IMG/VR virus record: IMGVR_UViG_2522572023_000012
Length of the DNA stretch: 49,370 nt
Strand: one strand, 5' to 3'
From: a virus
Taxonomy: Duplodnaviria > Heunggongvirae > Uroviricota > Caudoviricetes
Numbering within the stretch: the first letter of the stretch is position 1; each line of letters opens with the position of its first letter. Below, one piece after another: positions 18,813 to 30,598 of this stretch. The notes beneath the pieces are model-generated. The model saw only the letters and a list, made by a program, of their open reading frames with translations, did no database searches and was not told the origin of the DNA. Made by a program: the position numbers and the translations under genes.

Positions 18813-19026
18813 GCTTAATGGCGGACGCTGCAATTAATTCAGGAAGGTCCGCAAGGTCATCTGTCAGTGGATATGATGAAAAATCGGCGGCAGTTCTGTT
18901 AAGAAGCGCTTTAACTAATTCCTTTTCCTTCTCCGGCAACAAGTTGATTAGAGCTACGACTGCTTGCCTGAGTGCGATTAAATCAGCAAAAGTTTGTTTT
19001 GGTAGATTTGTGTAATCCATAGTCAC
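18760..19026 (-). CDS. Hypothetical small protein, convergent with and overlapping the 3' end of the preceding ORF
   Basis: 88-aa ORF on the opposite strand within the lysis cassette. Confidence 0.3.
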   Translation of the reverse strand: MTMDYTNLPKQTFADLIALRQAVVALINLLPEKEKELVKALLNRTAADFSSYPLTDDLADLPELIAASAIKLTEEIYPPQKSSQNSCE

Positions 19027-19133
19027 CTCTGTGTTTATCAGATTGACATCCTCCTCCCGCCACTGCCCATCACTGGTGAGGTAAGATTTAACATATCCGG
19101 GGATTTGAAGCCGATAAATCCTGATAAATATCC

Positions 19134-20161
<1,028 letters not shown>

Positions 20162-20524
20162 ATTAATATTAAATCGGATTATTTTTAGCGCTGAATGTGA
20201 AATTTAAATAAAAAGGACTCTTCCATGAGTCAAAATCCTTGAAATCTTAAGGGTAAGATAAAAGGTCATTAGACAGAATGACACGTTTTATTAATAAATA
20301 AAGCTATTGTTTCATTCGTGTGTTTTTCTTTACAAAAGTAATCCTTGCTATGGTTGGTTAATCATGCGTTAATGGTGTTCTGGTTTGTTACAAAATTATC
20401 TGAAGCAGTCATTGTTATAATTTTATTATTTGTACCTCTTGAGATTTCCTTGTTGGTTTTTCTCTCTGATATTTTTTTTCGGACCATTCTGCCCAAGGGC
20501 TAACTTCTTCAAAAGGTAATAATG

Positions 20525-20737
20525 ATGTCTAACAAAATGACTGGTTTAGTGAAATGGTTTAACCCTGAAAAAGGTTTTGGTTTCATCACGCCGAAAGATG
20601 GTAGCAAAGATGTGTTTGTCCATTTCTCAGCTATTCAGAGCAACGATTTCAAAACGTTAACTGAGAATCAGGAAGTCGAATTTGGTATTGAGAACGGACC
20701 TAAAGGCCCCGCGGCTGTTCATGTAGTGGCACTTTGA
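20525..20737 (+). CDS. cspI: Cold-shock protein CspI
   Basis: [45 protein letters not shown]...AAVHVVAL. Confidence 0.9.
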   Translation: MSNKMTGLVKWFNPEKGFGFITPKDGSKDVFVHFSAIQSNDFKTLTENQEVEFGIENGPKGPAAVHVVAL

Positions 20738-21008
20738 GGTAGAAAATATTACAAACCATATTCACTTTAGATGCCCGTGTTGCCATGGTTCGCAGTATAG
20801 AATATCATCTTTTGATGTTTCTGACAGGAATCCTTTCGGGGCAAAATGTATCTTTTGTAAATCAATGATGATTACATTTGATAATATTTCACAATACTTA
20901 AATGTTAGCCGTCTGTCGTTAGATTTAAGAAAGTGAAAATGAAGGCTCCTTCGGGAGCTTTTTTGCTTAGTGTCTAGTCGATGGATACTCACATATTACG
21001 GTAACATT

Positions 21009-21239
21009 ATGAAAAAAATAATAGTTTTTTTTAACTCTGAACCAGCAATGGTAGTGCCAGTGATGACCGGAGTTAACACCATCATGCGTGAATATCCAAA
21101 TGGCGAAACAACACACCTCACTGTAATGGCTGCAGGGTTTCCATCTCTGACCGGAGATCATAAAGTCATTTATGTAGCAGCGGATCGACATGTAACTTCA
21201 GAAGAAATTCTGGAAGCAGCAATGAGACTCTTGAATTGA
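21009..21239 (+). CDS. Hypothetical small protein
   Basis: ORF from MKKIIVFF; AT-rich cargo between lysis genes and cos. Confidence 0.35.
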   Translation: MKKIIVFFNSEPAMVVPVMTGVNTIMREYPNGETTHLTVMAAGFPSLTGDHKVIYVAADRHVTSEEILEAAMRLLN

Positions 21240-21408
21240 TTTGATTCTAATGCATTGATAATAAATGATAATCATTTTTATCTGTTTGTGTGAAATTTAG
21301 ACCGTCGTATGTTGATTATTGCGATGTTTCATCTTATCTTTTATACGTTTGCTCCATATAATTGACACTACTGTGTACCAGGAAAGTCATAACAGACTAA
21401 AAGAGGAA

Positions 21409-21585
21409 ATGATGAACATTGAAGAGTTAAAAACAAAAACAGAAGCAGATATTTCTGAATATATAACAAAAAAAATCATTGAGCTTAAGAAAAAGACCGG
21501 GAAAGAAGTTACCAATATCCAGTTTACTGCACGGGAAAAAATGACTGGTCTTGAAAGCTATGATATCAAGATTGATTTAATCTAG
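21409..21585 (+). CDS. GnsA/GnsB-family protein
   Basis: MNIEELKTKTEADISEYITKKIIELKKKTGKEVTNIQFTAREKMTGLESYDIKIDLI, Gns-family pattern. Confidence 0.7.
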   Translation: MMNIEELKTKTEADISEYITKKIIELKKKTGKEVTNIQFTAREKMTGLESYDIKIDLI

Positions 21586-21880
21586 TATGTTTATAGTATT
21601 AGCATCAATTTCTCATCAGATGCTATTCAACAATACAAATTACCCATAAACCTCGTTTTTACGGGGTTTTGTTATATTTAAACATTACCGAATAGATATA
21701 AATCTCGATTGTCGATGGTATTGGTTGTGTGACAATACCTAGTCTTTCCGGTATGCCTGAAGAGAATACAAACGACAGATTATGTAAGGGAAACGCGCTG
21801 AAACTTTCACTCTTTCATGCTGAGTGATTTGACGTTATATCTTTAGCCGCAAGTGAAGAGCAAACGCATGGAGCGACAAA

Positions 21881-22087
21881 ATGCATAAAGATCAATACAC
21901 TGATGCCCCCTCCCAGGAGCAGGTTCGTGTAAAAACTATGCTCACTAGCACCATTTCTATGAGTTATCCGGATGTTGTAATTGCATGTATAGAACATCAA
22001 GTGTCTCTGGAAGCATTCAGGGCAATTGAGGCAGCGTTGGTGAAGCACGATAAGAATTCGAAGGATTATTCCCTGGTGGTTGACTGA
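21881..22087 (+). CDS. Hypothetical small protein
   Basis: 68-aa ORF; overlapped by an antisense ORF, so strand choice is uncertain. Confidence 0.3.
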   Translation: MHKDQYTDAPSQEQVRVKTMLTSTISMSYPDVVIACIEHQVSLEAFRAIEAALVKHDKNSKDYSLVVD

Positions 22088-22424
22088 TCACCATAACTGC
22101 TAACCATTCTGACCATTTCACAAGTGACAGAGTCAATATCGTATTCTGTCACTGTCAGGCTAATACAGTACTGCAATTCAACTACAGCAATGCCTCGTAT
22201 TTAGGTGAATTTACAATATCGTCCAGTTCTGATGCCGGCTGCATTTCTAAAGATAAGGCATTTCGGTTCGCGTATTTTCCCCTCATGCTCGTCAGTCCTG
22301 TGCGTAGGAAGAAACAGGACACTCACACTAATTTGTGTGGGCATGCTGTGATGTCCTTCTGAATTATTCCTATGCCATTATGTAAAGCGCTGTATCAGAT
22401 GCTCGTCACGGCTGTCAGGCTGTC

Positions 22425-22470
22425 GGGTCCTCCCGGTGGGGGCCCCTGCCACGGGGCGGGAGCGTCGCGG
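22425..22470. other. Candidate cos site (GC-rich segment upstream of the small terminase subunit)
   Basis: gggtcctcccggtgggggcccctgccacggggcgggagcgtcgcgg about 170 bp upstream of the Nu1-like gene, resembling the lambda cosN context as recalled. Confidence 0.35.
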
Positions 22471-22639
22471 AAAAAGGCTAGTTTTTGCATTTTTATCGGC
22501 CACCATCATCTTTGCATCTTATTGATTATTAATGGTTGTTTGTTTTTTGTATGTCGAATTGAGTGTTTTTTGTTCGACATCGAACGCGTTTTCTTAAAGT
22601 TGTTCGCACGATGCATGTTTAAAGCTCTCCGGAGGAAAT

Positions 22640-23131
22640 ATGGATCATGAGTTGAAAAACCTGGTGCTGAATATTAATCAACTGGCGGCTTTATCTGGTC
22701 TGCACCGCCAGACTGTCGTGGCAAGACTGAAAAACATTCGTCCCGCTGGTGGACATGACAAACTCAAGCTATACCGGTTGACCGATATTCTGACTGAATT
22801 TATGGGGTTACCACCGCCGGTTGCTGAGGGCGAAATGGATCCACATGAACGCAAAGCCTGGTATCAGTCTGAACGTGAGCGTCTTAAGTTCGAACAGGAA
22901 ACGGCACAACTCATTCCGGCCAGTGATGTCAGACGGGAGTTTGCCATCTGGGCAAAAGCGGTCGTGCAGGTGCTGGAGACATTACCGGATATTCTGGAAC
23001 GTGACTGCGGCCTGCAGCCTGCCGCTGTGAGCCGTGTTCAGTCCATTATTGATGATCTGCGCGATCAGATAGCCCTGCGGGTGACCGAAGCAGGTGCGGA
23101 TGATGAGGAGGAATTACAGCAGGAGGAGTAA
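22640..23131 (+). CDS. Terminase small subunit (Nu1-like)
   Basis: N-terminal HTH (LNINQLAALSGLHRQTV), acidic C-terminus, translationally coupled to the large subunit (TAATG overlap). Confidence 0.7.
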   Translation: MDHELKNLVLNINQLAALSGLHRQTVVARLKNIRPAGGHDKLKLYRLTDILTEFMGLPPPVAEGEMDPHERKAWYQSERERLKFEQETAQLIPASDVRREFAIWAKAVVQVLETLPDILERDCGLQPAAVSRVQSIIDDLRDQIALRVTEAGADDEEELQQEE

Positions 23132-25233
23132 TGCTGAATCAGGAAACCGCAAAGGCAGCACGAACCGATTCAGGTTATATCCTTCGCGCACCGAGACGAA
23201 TGCGGGTTGCTGATGCCGTTGCTCAGTATATGCGGGTGCCCATGGGGGCCGGGAACTCAGTCCCGTGGGATCCGCTGGTGGCACCGTATGTTATTGAGCC
23301 GATGAACTGCCTGGCCTCGCGTGAATACGACGCAGTGATATTTGTTGGCCCGGCACGAACTGGCAAGACTATCGGCCTGATTGACGGCTGGGTGATTTAC
23401 AACGTGATTTGCGATCCTGCTGATATGCTGATCATTCAGATGACGGAGGAAAAAGCCCGCGAACACTCCAAAAAACGACTTGCCAGAACGTTTCGCGTCA
23501 GCCCGGAAGTGGTCAGTCGCCTGAGTCCGAACAAAAATGACAACAACGTTTATGACAGAACATTCCTTGCTGGCAACTACCTGAAAATCGGCTGGCCGTC
23601 AGTCAATATCATGTCCTCATCAGATTATAAATGCGTGGCGCTGACGGATTATGACCGTTTTCCGGAAGATATTGATGGCGAGGGGGATGCCTTCTCTCTT
23701 GCCTCAAAACGTACCACCACATTTATGTCCAGTGGTATGACGCTGGTGGAGAGTTCCCCCGGCAGGGATGTGAAGGATGTGAAATGGCGACGGACTTCAC
23801 CGCATGAGGCTCCACCAACCACGGGGATACTGTCGCTCTATAACCGTGGCGATCGCCGTCGCTGGTACTGGCCCTGTCCACACTGTGGTGAGTATTTTCA
23901 GCCCTGCGGCGATGTGGTTGCTGGTTTCCGTGATATTGCCGATCCCGTGCTGGCAAGTGAGGCGGCTTATATTCAGTGTCCTTCCTGTTCAGGACGGATT
24001 ATGCCTGAACAAAAACGTGAGCTGAACGGACGTGGGGTCTGGTTGCGGGATGGTGAATCCATCAATGCGGATGGCAGTCGTTATGGTGATCCCCGACGCT
24101 CACGTATTGCGTCATTCTGGATGGAGGGTCCGGCAGCTGCTTACCAGACACTCTCGCAACTCGTTTACAAACTGCTTGCTGCAGAACAGGAATACGAGAC
24201 AACCGGAAGTGAAGAAACACTCAAGACGGTTATCAATACCGACTGGGGATTACCTTATCTTCCCCGTGCCAGCATGGAGCAACGAAAAAGTGAACTGCTT
24301 GAGCAGCGGGCAGAGCCAGTTCCTTCCCGCAGTGTGCCGGATGGCGTTAATTTCCTGGTGGCGACAGTTGATGTGCAGGCGGGACGTCATCGCCGTTTTG
24401 TGGTTCAGGTAACGGGCTATGGCAGCCGTGGCGAACGCTGGATTATTGATCGTTACAACATCACGCAGTCATTGCGCGGTGACAGCGACGGGGAGAGCCA
24501 GCGAATTGATCCGGCCAGCTATCCGGAAGACTGGGATGTCCTGCTGACGGATGTTTTTCATAAAAGCTGGCCGCTGGCCTCCGATCCTTCTCAACAAATG
24601 CGACTGATGGCAATGGCGGTGGACTCCGGCGGTGAAGACGGAGTCACTGATAATGCCTATAAATTCTGGCGTCGTTGCCGTCGTGATGGCCTTGGTAAAC
24701 GTATTTACCTGTTTAAGGGCGACAGCATCCGGCGCGCAAAACTGATCACCCGTACATTCCCTGATAACACCGGACGAACGGGCCGACGGGCGCAGGCCGC
24801 AGGTGATGTACCGCTCTGGCTTCTTCAGACGGATGCCCTGAAAGACCGGGTGAATAACGCGTTATGGCGTGACTCGCCAGGTCCCGGCTATGTGCATTTC
24901 CCTGACTGGCTGGGGAGCTGGTTTTACGACGAACTGACGTATGAAGAGCGGAGCAGTGACGGGAAATGGAGTAAGCCGGGTCGCGGTGCCAACGAAGCTT
25001 TTGACCTGATGGTGTATGCCGAGGCTCTGGTCATTCTGCATGGATACGAAAAGATCCGCTGGCCGGATGCACCGGAGTGGGCGAGCCGGGAAACCTGGCT
25101 GGAGTGTGTCCCGGACAGTACCGAACCGTCACCCACACCGGAACCGGTATCCACGCCTGTTAAAAAACAAAAACGGAAGAAAACAGTAACTGACGATGTT
25201 AACCCCTGGCTGACTTCCGGAGGATGGTTATGA
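23131..25233 (+). CDS. Terminase large subunit (lambda GpA family)
   Basis: 700 aa; Walker A (VGPARTGKT) and a CPHCGE zinc-finger-like motif comparable to lambda gpA ACPHCGEE. Confidence 0.9.
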   Translation: MLNQETAKAARTDSGYILRAPRRMRVADAVAQYMRVPMGAGNSVPWDPLVAPYVIEPMNCLASREYDAVIFVGPARTGKTIGLIDGWVIYNVICDPADMLIIQMTEEKAREHSKKRLARTFRVSPEVVSRLSPNKNDNNVYDRTFLAGNYLKIGWPSVNIMSSSDYKCVALTDYDRFPEDIDGEGDAFSLASKRTTTFMSSGMTLVESSPGRDVKDVKWRRTSPHEAPPTTGILSLYNRGDRRRWYWPCPHCGEYFQPCGDVVAGFRDIADPVLASEAAYIQCPSCSGRIMPEQKRELNGRGVWLRDGESINADGSRYGDPRRSRIASFWMEGPAAAYQTLSQLVYKLLAAEQEYETTGSEETLKTVINTDWGLPYLPRASMEQRKSELLEQRAEPVPSRSVPDGVNFLVATVDVQAGRHRRFVVQVTGYGSRGERWIIDRYNITQSLRGDSDGESQRIDPASYPEDWDVLLTDVFHKSWPLASDPSQQMRLMAMAVDSGGEDGVTDNAYKFWRRCRRDGLGKRIYLFKGDSIRRAKLITRTFPDNTGRTGRRAQAAGDVPLWLLQTDALKDRVNNALWRDSPGPGYVHFPDWLGSWFYDELTYEERSSDGKWSKPGRGANEAFDLMVYAEALVILHGYEKIRWPDAPEWASRETWLECVPDSTEPSPTPEPVSTPVKKQKRKKTVTDDVNPWLTSGGWL

Positions 25234-25442
25234 ACCAGAATGATATCGAAGCCATGATTCAGCGTTATACGGAAGCTGAAATGGCGGTGCTGGACGGAAA
25301 ATCCGTCACCTTTAATGGTCAGCAGATGACCATGGAAAACTTATCTGAGATCCGGCAGGGACGGCAGGAGTGGGAGCGCCGCCTTGCGGCTCTGATTACA
25401 CGACGACGGGGGCATCCCGGGTACCGGCTTGCGAGGTTCTGA
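25224..25442 (+). CDS. Head-tail joining protein (gpW-like)
   Basis: 72 aa, basic C-terminus (RRRGHPGY) comparable to lambda gpW; between terminase and portal. Confidence 0.65.
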   Translation: MVMNQNDIEAMIQRYTEAEMAVLDGKSVTFNGQQMTMENLSEIRQGRQEWERRLAALITRRRGHPGYRLARF

Positions 25443-26950
25443 TGGCAATTCTTGATGATGTGATTGGCGTTTTTTCACCAGGATGGAAAGCGGCAAGGCT
25501 GCGTTCCCGTGCGGTGATCCAGGCTTATGAGGCCGTAAAAACGACGCGGACACACAAAGCCCGGCGGGAAAACCGAACTGCCGACCAGTTAAGCCAGTAC
25601 GGGGCCGTGTCGTTACGTGAGCAGGCCCGTTACCTTGATAACAACCACGATCTGGTCATTGGTGTATTTGACAAGCTGGAAGAACGGGTGGTGGGGAAAA
25701 ACGGGATTATTGTCGAGCCACATCCGGTATTACGCAATGGGGCCATTGCCCGTGATCTGGCAGCGGAGATACGCACCCGATGGAGTGAATGGTCTGTCAG
25801 TCCGGAAGTCACCGGGCAGTTTACCCGTCCGATGCTGGAACGTCTGATGTTGCGTACCTGGCTGCGCGATGGTGAGGTGTTTGCCCAGATGGTTTCCGGG
25901 CGCATAAACAGCCTGACGCCTTCTGCCGGTGTTCATTTCTGGCTGGAGGCGCTCGAGCCGGACTTTATTCCCATGACCAGTGATGAGAGCAACAGGCTGA
26001 ATCAGGGCGTGTTTGTTGATGACTGGGGGCGTCCCGAAAAATATCTGGTGTATAAAAGCCGTCCCGTATCCGGACGGCAGATGGAAACCAAAGAAGTGGA
26101 TGCAGAGCGAATGCTGCATCTTAAATTTGTTCGCCGTCTGCACCAGATGCGCGGGACGTCTTTGTTGTCCGGTGTGCTGATCCGCCTCAGTGCCCTGAAA
26201 GAGTATGAAGATTCTGAGCTGACTGCAGCAAGGATCGCCGCTGCTCTGGGGATGTACATCCGGAAAGGCGACGGGCAGAGCTATGAACCGGATGGTAATG
26301 GCAGCAAGGATAAGGAACGCGAGCTTACCATTCAGCCAGGCATTATTTACGACGATCTGAAACCCGGCGAAGAAATCGGAATGGTGAAGTCGGATCGCCC
26401 CAATCCTAATCTTGAAACTTTTCGTAATGGTCAGTTGCGTGCCGTGGCGGCGGGCAGTCGTCTGAGTTTTTCCAGTACAGCGCGCAACTATAACGGCACT
26501 TACAGCGCCCAGCGTCAGGAGCTGGTTGAATCCACTGATGGCTACCTGATCCTGCAGGACTGGTTTATTGGTGCCGTCACCCGCCCGATGTATCGTGCCT
26601 GGCTGAAACAGGCTGTGGCATCCGGTGTTATCAGGCTACCCCGCGATCTTGATCGTTCTTCACTGTATACCGCGGTGTATTCCGGACCGGTGATGCCGTG
26701 GATTGACCCTGTTAAGGAGGCTGAGGCCTGGAAAATTCAGATTCGTGGTGGAGCGGCGACAGAATCAGACTGGGTACGTGCAGGTGGTCGTAATCCGGAT
26801 GATGTCAAACGTCGGCGCAAGGCCGAAATTGATGAAAACCGCAAGCTGGATCTGGTATTTGATACCGATCCGGCCAGTGATAAAGGAGGCAGCAGTGCCG
26901 CAACGAAACGACAGGAGCCGCAGCACACCGACGACCAGTCCGAAGAATAA
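25442..26950 (+). CDS. Portal protein (lambda gpB family)
   Basis: About 500 aa following gpW; start ATG overlaps the W stop (TGATG). Confidence 0.85.
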   Translation: MAILDDVIGVFSPGWKAARLRSRAVIQAYEAVKTTRTHKARRENRTADQLSQYGAVSLREQARYLDNNHDLVIGVFDKLEERVVGKNGIIVEPHPVLRNGAIARDLAAEIRTRWSEWSVSPEVTGQFTRPMLERLMLRTWLRDGEVFAQMVSGRINSLTPSAGVHFWLEALEPDFIPMTSDESNRLNQGVFVDDWGRPEKYLVYKSRPVSGRQMETKEVDAERMLHLKFVRRLHQMRGTSLLSGVLIRLSALKEYEDSELTAARIAAALGMYIRKGDGQSYEPDGNGSKDKERELTIQPGIIYDDLKPGEEIGMVKSDRPNPNLETFRNGQLRAVAAGSRLSFSSTARNYNGTYSAQRQELVESTDGYLILQDWFIGAVTRPMYRAWLKQAVASGVIRLPRDLDRSSLYTAVYSGPVMPWIDPVKEAEAWKIQIRGGAATESDWVRAGGRNPDDVKRRRKAEIDENRKLDLVFDTDPASDKGGSSAATKRQEPQHTDDQSEE

Positions 26951-26963
26951 TTCCTGGTTCAGG

Positions 26964-28922
26964 ATGCAGGCAGGTCACCAGAGTGACGCGGATATTTATA
27001 TTTATGACGAGATTGGTTTCTGGGGTGTTACGGCGAAGCAGTTTATCAGTGATCTGAATGCACTGGGCGATATCACCCACATTAATCTCCATATTAATTC
27101 ACCGGGTGGCGATGTCTTTGAAGGCATCGCCATTTTTAATGCACTGAAAACACATGGTGCGTCCATTACCGTTTATGTCGACGGTGTGGCGGCGTCAATG
27201 GCGTCGGTCATTGCGATGGTGGGAAACCCGGTCATTATGCCGGAAAACTCCTTCATGATGATTCATAAACCATTTGGCTTTACGGGCGGTGATGCGGAGG
27301 ACATGCGCACCTATGCCGACCTGCTCGATAAAGTTGAGGCGGTTCTGTTACCCGCTTATGCACAGAAAACCGGGAAAACCACCGATGAAATTGCTGCCAT
27401 GCTGGCGGATGAGACCTGGATGTCCGGTGCCGAATGTCTGGCACAGGGATTTGCTGATCAGGTGACACCAGCCGTTAAGGCAATGGCATGTATTCAGTCA
27501 AAACGTACAGAGGAATTTAAAAAGATGCCGGAATCCATTCGAAATATGATTACTCCGCCACGCAACAGTGCTCCACGCGTACAGGATGATGGACCTGCAG
27601 CCTCCCGGACGCCAGTGCAGGCAGCAGCACCCGTGGTGGATGAAAACAGCATCCGTGCGCAGGTCCTGGCAGAGCAAAAAGCGCGTGTAAACGGTATTAA
27701 TGATCTGTTTGCCATGTTTGGTGGGCGTTATCAGTCGCTGCAGGCTCAGTGTCTTGCCGATCCTGAATGTTCGCTGGAGCAGGCCCGCGAAAAGCTGTTG
27801 AACGAGATGGGGCGCGAGTCCACGCCATCCAATAAAAATACCCCGGCTCATATTTATGCCGGTAACGGTAATTTTGTGGGGGACGGGATCCGCCAGGCGC
27901 TGATGGCGCGCGCCGGGTTTGAAAAAACCGAACGTGATAATGTCTACAACGGGATGACCCTGCGTGAATATGCCCGTATGTCACTGACTGAACGTGGTAT
28001 TGGTGTTTCCAGTTATAACCCGATGCAGATGGTCGGTGCGGCGTTCACACACAGTACGTCTGACTTCGGTAATATTCTGCTGGATGTTGCGAACAAAGCC
28101 ATTCTGCAGGGCTGGGAAGATGCCCCTGAAACCTATGAACAGTGGACGCGGAAAGGTCAGTTGTCTGATTTTAAAATTGCCCATCGTGTGGGTATGGGGG
28201 GCTTCAGTGCTCTGCGTCAGGTGCGTGAAGGGGCAGAATATAAATACGTCACCACCGGAGATAAACAGGCCACTATTGCACTGGCGACCTATGGCGAGCT
28301 GTTCAGTATCACCCGTCAGGCCATTATCAATGATGATCTGAATATGCTGACCGATGTCCCGATGAAGCTGGGCCGTGCGGCGAAATCCACTATTGCCGAT
28401 CTGGTTTATGCCATTCTGACGTCTAACCCGAAAATCTCCACAGATAATGTAAGTCTGTTCGATAAAGCGAAACATGCAAACGTACTGGAGAGCGCGGCAA
28501 TGGACGTGGCATCGCTGGATAAAGCCCGCCAGTTGATGCGCGTTCAGAAAGAGGGTGAGCGTCATCTGAATATTCGTCCTGCGTTCGTACTGGTACCGAC
28601 GGCGATGGAGTCTGTTGCTAACCAGGTCATTCGCTCCTCAAGTGTCAAGGGGGCTGACATTAACGCCGGTATTATTAACCCGGTGAAAGATTTTGCGACC
28701 GTTATTGCAGAGCCTCGTCTTGATGATAACAGCCAGACCACCTTCTACCTGGCTGCGTCCAAAGGCTCCGATACGATTGAAGTGGCTTATCTCAACGGTG
28801 TGGATACGCCATATATTGATCAGATGGAGGGCTTCAGTGTGGATGGCGTGACAACGAAAGTACGTATTGACGCTGGTGTTGCGCCAGTTGATCACCGCGG
28901 CCTAGTGAAATGTACGGCGTAA
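26964..28922 (+). CDS. Fused prohead protease (ClpP/S49-like) and major capsid protein
   Basis: N-terminal ClpP-like domain (INSPGGDVFEGIAIFNALK...MIHKP) joined to a C-terminal capsid-like domain of about 400 aa in one frame. Confidence 0.75.
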   Translation: MQAGHQSDADIYIYDEIGFWGVTAKQFISDLNALGDITHINLHINSPGGDVFEGIAIFNALKTHGASITVYVDGVAASMASVIAMVGNPVIMPENSFMMIHKPFGFTGGDAEDMRTYADLLDKVEAVLLPAYAQKTGKTTDEIAAMLADETWMSGAECLAQGFADQVTPAVKAMACIQSKRTEEFKKMPESIRNMITPPRNSAPRVQDDGPAASRTPVQAAAPVVDENSIRAQVLAEQKARVNGINDLFAMFGGRYQSLQAQCLADPECSLEQAREKLLNEMGRESTPSNKNTPAHIYAGNGNFVGDGIRQALMARAGFEKTERDNVYNGMTLREYARMSLTERGIGVSSYNPMQMVGAAFTHSTSDFGNILLDVANKAILQGWEDAPETYEQWTRKGQLSDFKIAHRVGMGGFSALRQVREGAEYKYVTTGDKQATIALATYGELFSITRQAIINDDLNMLTDVPMKLGRAAKSTIADLVYAILTSNPKISTDNVSLFDKAKHANVLESAAMDVASLDKARQLMRVQKEGERHLNIRPAFVLVPTAMESVANQVIRSSSVKGADINAGIINPVKDFATVIAEPRLDDNSQTTFYLAASKGSDTIEVAYLNGVDTPYIDQMEGFSVDGVTTKVRIDAGVAPVDHRGLVKCTA

Positions 28923-28945
28923 ACGTCGCAGACAACAACTCTGAT

Positions 28946-28966
28946 GGCCCGTAAGGGCTTTTTTTG
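28946..28966 (+). terminator. Possible terminator/attenuator after the capsid gene
   Basis: ggcccgtaagggc hairpin followed by TTTTTTT. Confidence 0.4.
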
Positions 28967-29008
28967 TACCTGAAATCAGCCCCTGAACGGGGCTGTGCGG
29001 AGACAGTT

Positions 29009-29332
29009 ATGGCAAAGAATTTTGTAGAAGAAGGAAAAACGGTGGCGATTGTTGCCAGTGCAGCCATCAGCAGCGGAGATCTGGTGCAGGTGGGTGATGT
29101 TTTTGCGGTGGCGCTGACCGATATTCCACAGGGAGAAACAGGCGACGGCATAACCGAAGGTGTGTTTATGCTGCCTAAGCTGAAAACGGATGACATGAAA
29201 ACGGGTAAGAAGGTTTATATGAAGTCAGGAAAAGTTCAGCTGACTAACAGCGGCTCTGATCCGCTGGTCGGGGTTGTCTGGGCAGATGCCGGAACCAGTG
29301 CAGAAGAAGTGCCGGTAAAACTCAATGTCTGA
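29009..29332 (+). CDS. DUF2190-family head protein (putative decoration/cement protein)
   Basis: About 110-aa Gly-rich protein directly after the capsid gene. Confidence 0.55.
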   Translation: MAKNFVEEGKTVAIVASAAISSGDLVQVGDVFAVALTDIPQGETGDGITEGVFMLPKLKTDDMKTGKKVYMKSGKVQLTNSGSDPLVGVVWADAGTSAEEVPVKLNV

Positions 29333-29600
29333 TCCCTTTTCCCGGCTGGCAGCGCGTATGGATGCGATCACGGTCAGAAAGATGGGAAAGACAGCCTCGA
29401 TTAATGATGTCGATATGACTGTGATCCCGGGAGAAACACTGGCAGAGCTGAATGCTCTGTCCGGACCTGCGGTCTCTCTGGTGGTGTTTTCTTCGGGATA
29501 CCGCCCACGGCGCGGGGATCGCGTTGTTTATGACGGACAACAATGGACGGTCACACGGCATGAACGCTTTAACGGTAAGCCAATGATCTTTATTGAGTAA
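29325..29600 (+). CDS. Head-tail connector/adaptor protein (putative)
   Basis: 91-aa ORF at the head-tail junction. Confidence 0.5.
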   Translation: MSDPFSRLAARMDAITVRKMGKTASINDVDMTVIPGETLAELNALSGPAVSLVVFSSGYRPRRGDRVVYDGQQWTVTRHERFNGKPMIFIE

Positions 29601-29611
29601 AGAGGTGTGGG

Positions 29612-30190
29612 ATGAAGGGGCTTGAGAATGCCATCCGCAATCTGAACAGCCTTGATACCCGTATGGTGCCACAGGCCAGCGCATGGGCGATAAACCGTGT
29701 GGCACAGAAAGCGGTCTCGGTTGCCACCCGGCAGGTTGCCGGGAATACCGTTGCGGGAGATAACCAGGTGAAAGGGATCCCCCTGAAACTGGTACGTCAG
29801 CGTGTCCGGGTGTTTAAAGCCAGTCCGTCAGGAAAAATGACGGCCAGGATCCGCGTTAACCGAGGCAATCTGCCCGCCATTAAGCTGGGGACAGCCCGGG
29901 TCAGACTGGCCCGGCGTGGTGGAAAACTGCAGTACCGTGGCAGTGTGCTGAAGGTGGGTAAATATCTTTTCCGGGATGCGTTTATTCAGCAACTGGCGAA
30001 TGGTCGCTGGCATGTGATGCGACGTATTGATGGCAAAAATCGTTACCCCATTGATGTGGTGAAAATCCCGCTGTCCGGACCGCTGACACAGGCATTTGAA
30101 GATGCCCGCGACCACATCATTGCTGCGGAAATGCCGAAACAGCTGGGGTATGCACTGAAACAACAACTGAGGTTATGGCTGACCCGATGA
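29612..30190 (+). CDS. Tail completion protein (lambda gpZ-like)
   Basis: 192 aa, immediately upstream of U, same length and position as lambda Z. Confidence 0.6.
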   Translation: MKGLENAIRNLNSLDTRMVPQASAWAINRVAQKAVSVATRQVAGNTVAGDNQVKGIPLKLVRQRVRVFKASPSGKMTARIRVNRGNLPAIKLGTARVRLARRGGKLQYRGSVLKVGKYLFRDAFIQQLANGRWHVMRRIDGKNRYPIDVVKIPLSGPLTQAFEDARDHIIAAEMPKQLGYALKQQLRLWLTR

Positions 30191-30588
30191 ACCGACATAC
30201 ACAAATCCGCCAGGCCGTACTGGCACGCCTTCGGGAACAGTGTGGAGACAGCGCCACGTTTTTTGACGGGCTTCCGGCATTTATTGATGCGCAGGAACTG
30301 CCTGCCGTGGCGGTGTGGCTGAGTGATGCTCAGTACACCGGAAAAATGACGGATGAAGATGACTGGCAGGCTGTTCTGCATATTGCCGTCTTCATCCGGG
30401 CACAGGCACCGGATTCAGAGCTGGATATGTGGATGGAGAGCACCATTTTCCCTGCCCTGAATGATGTACCGGCACTTTCCGGACTCATCGACATCCTGAT
30501 CCCACTCGGTTTTAACTATCAACGTGATAATGAGATGGCCACCTGGGCGATGGCGGAAATCACGTACCAGATCACGTACACGAATTAA
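30175..30588 (+). CDS. U: Tail terminator protein U
   Basis: Strong similarity to lambda gpU as recalled (ATFFDG...PAVAVWL...AQYTG...[10 protein letters not shown]...IPALS). Confidence 0.9.
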   Translation: MADPMNRHTQIRQAVLARLREQCGDSATFFDGLPAFIDAQELPAVAVWLSDAQYTGKMTDEDDWQAVLHIAVFIRAQAPDSELDMWMESTIFPALNDVPALSGLIDILIPLGFNYQRDNEMATWAMAEITYQITYTN

Positions 30589-30598
30589 GGAGGTGGTA

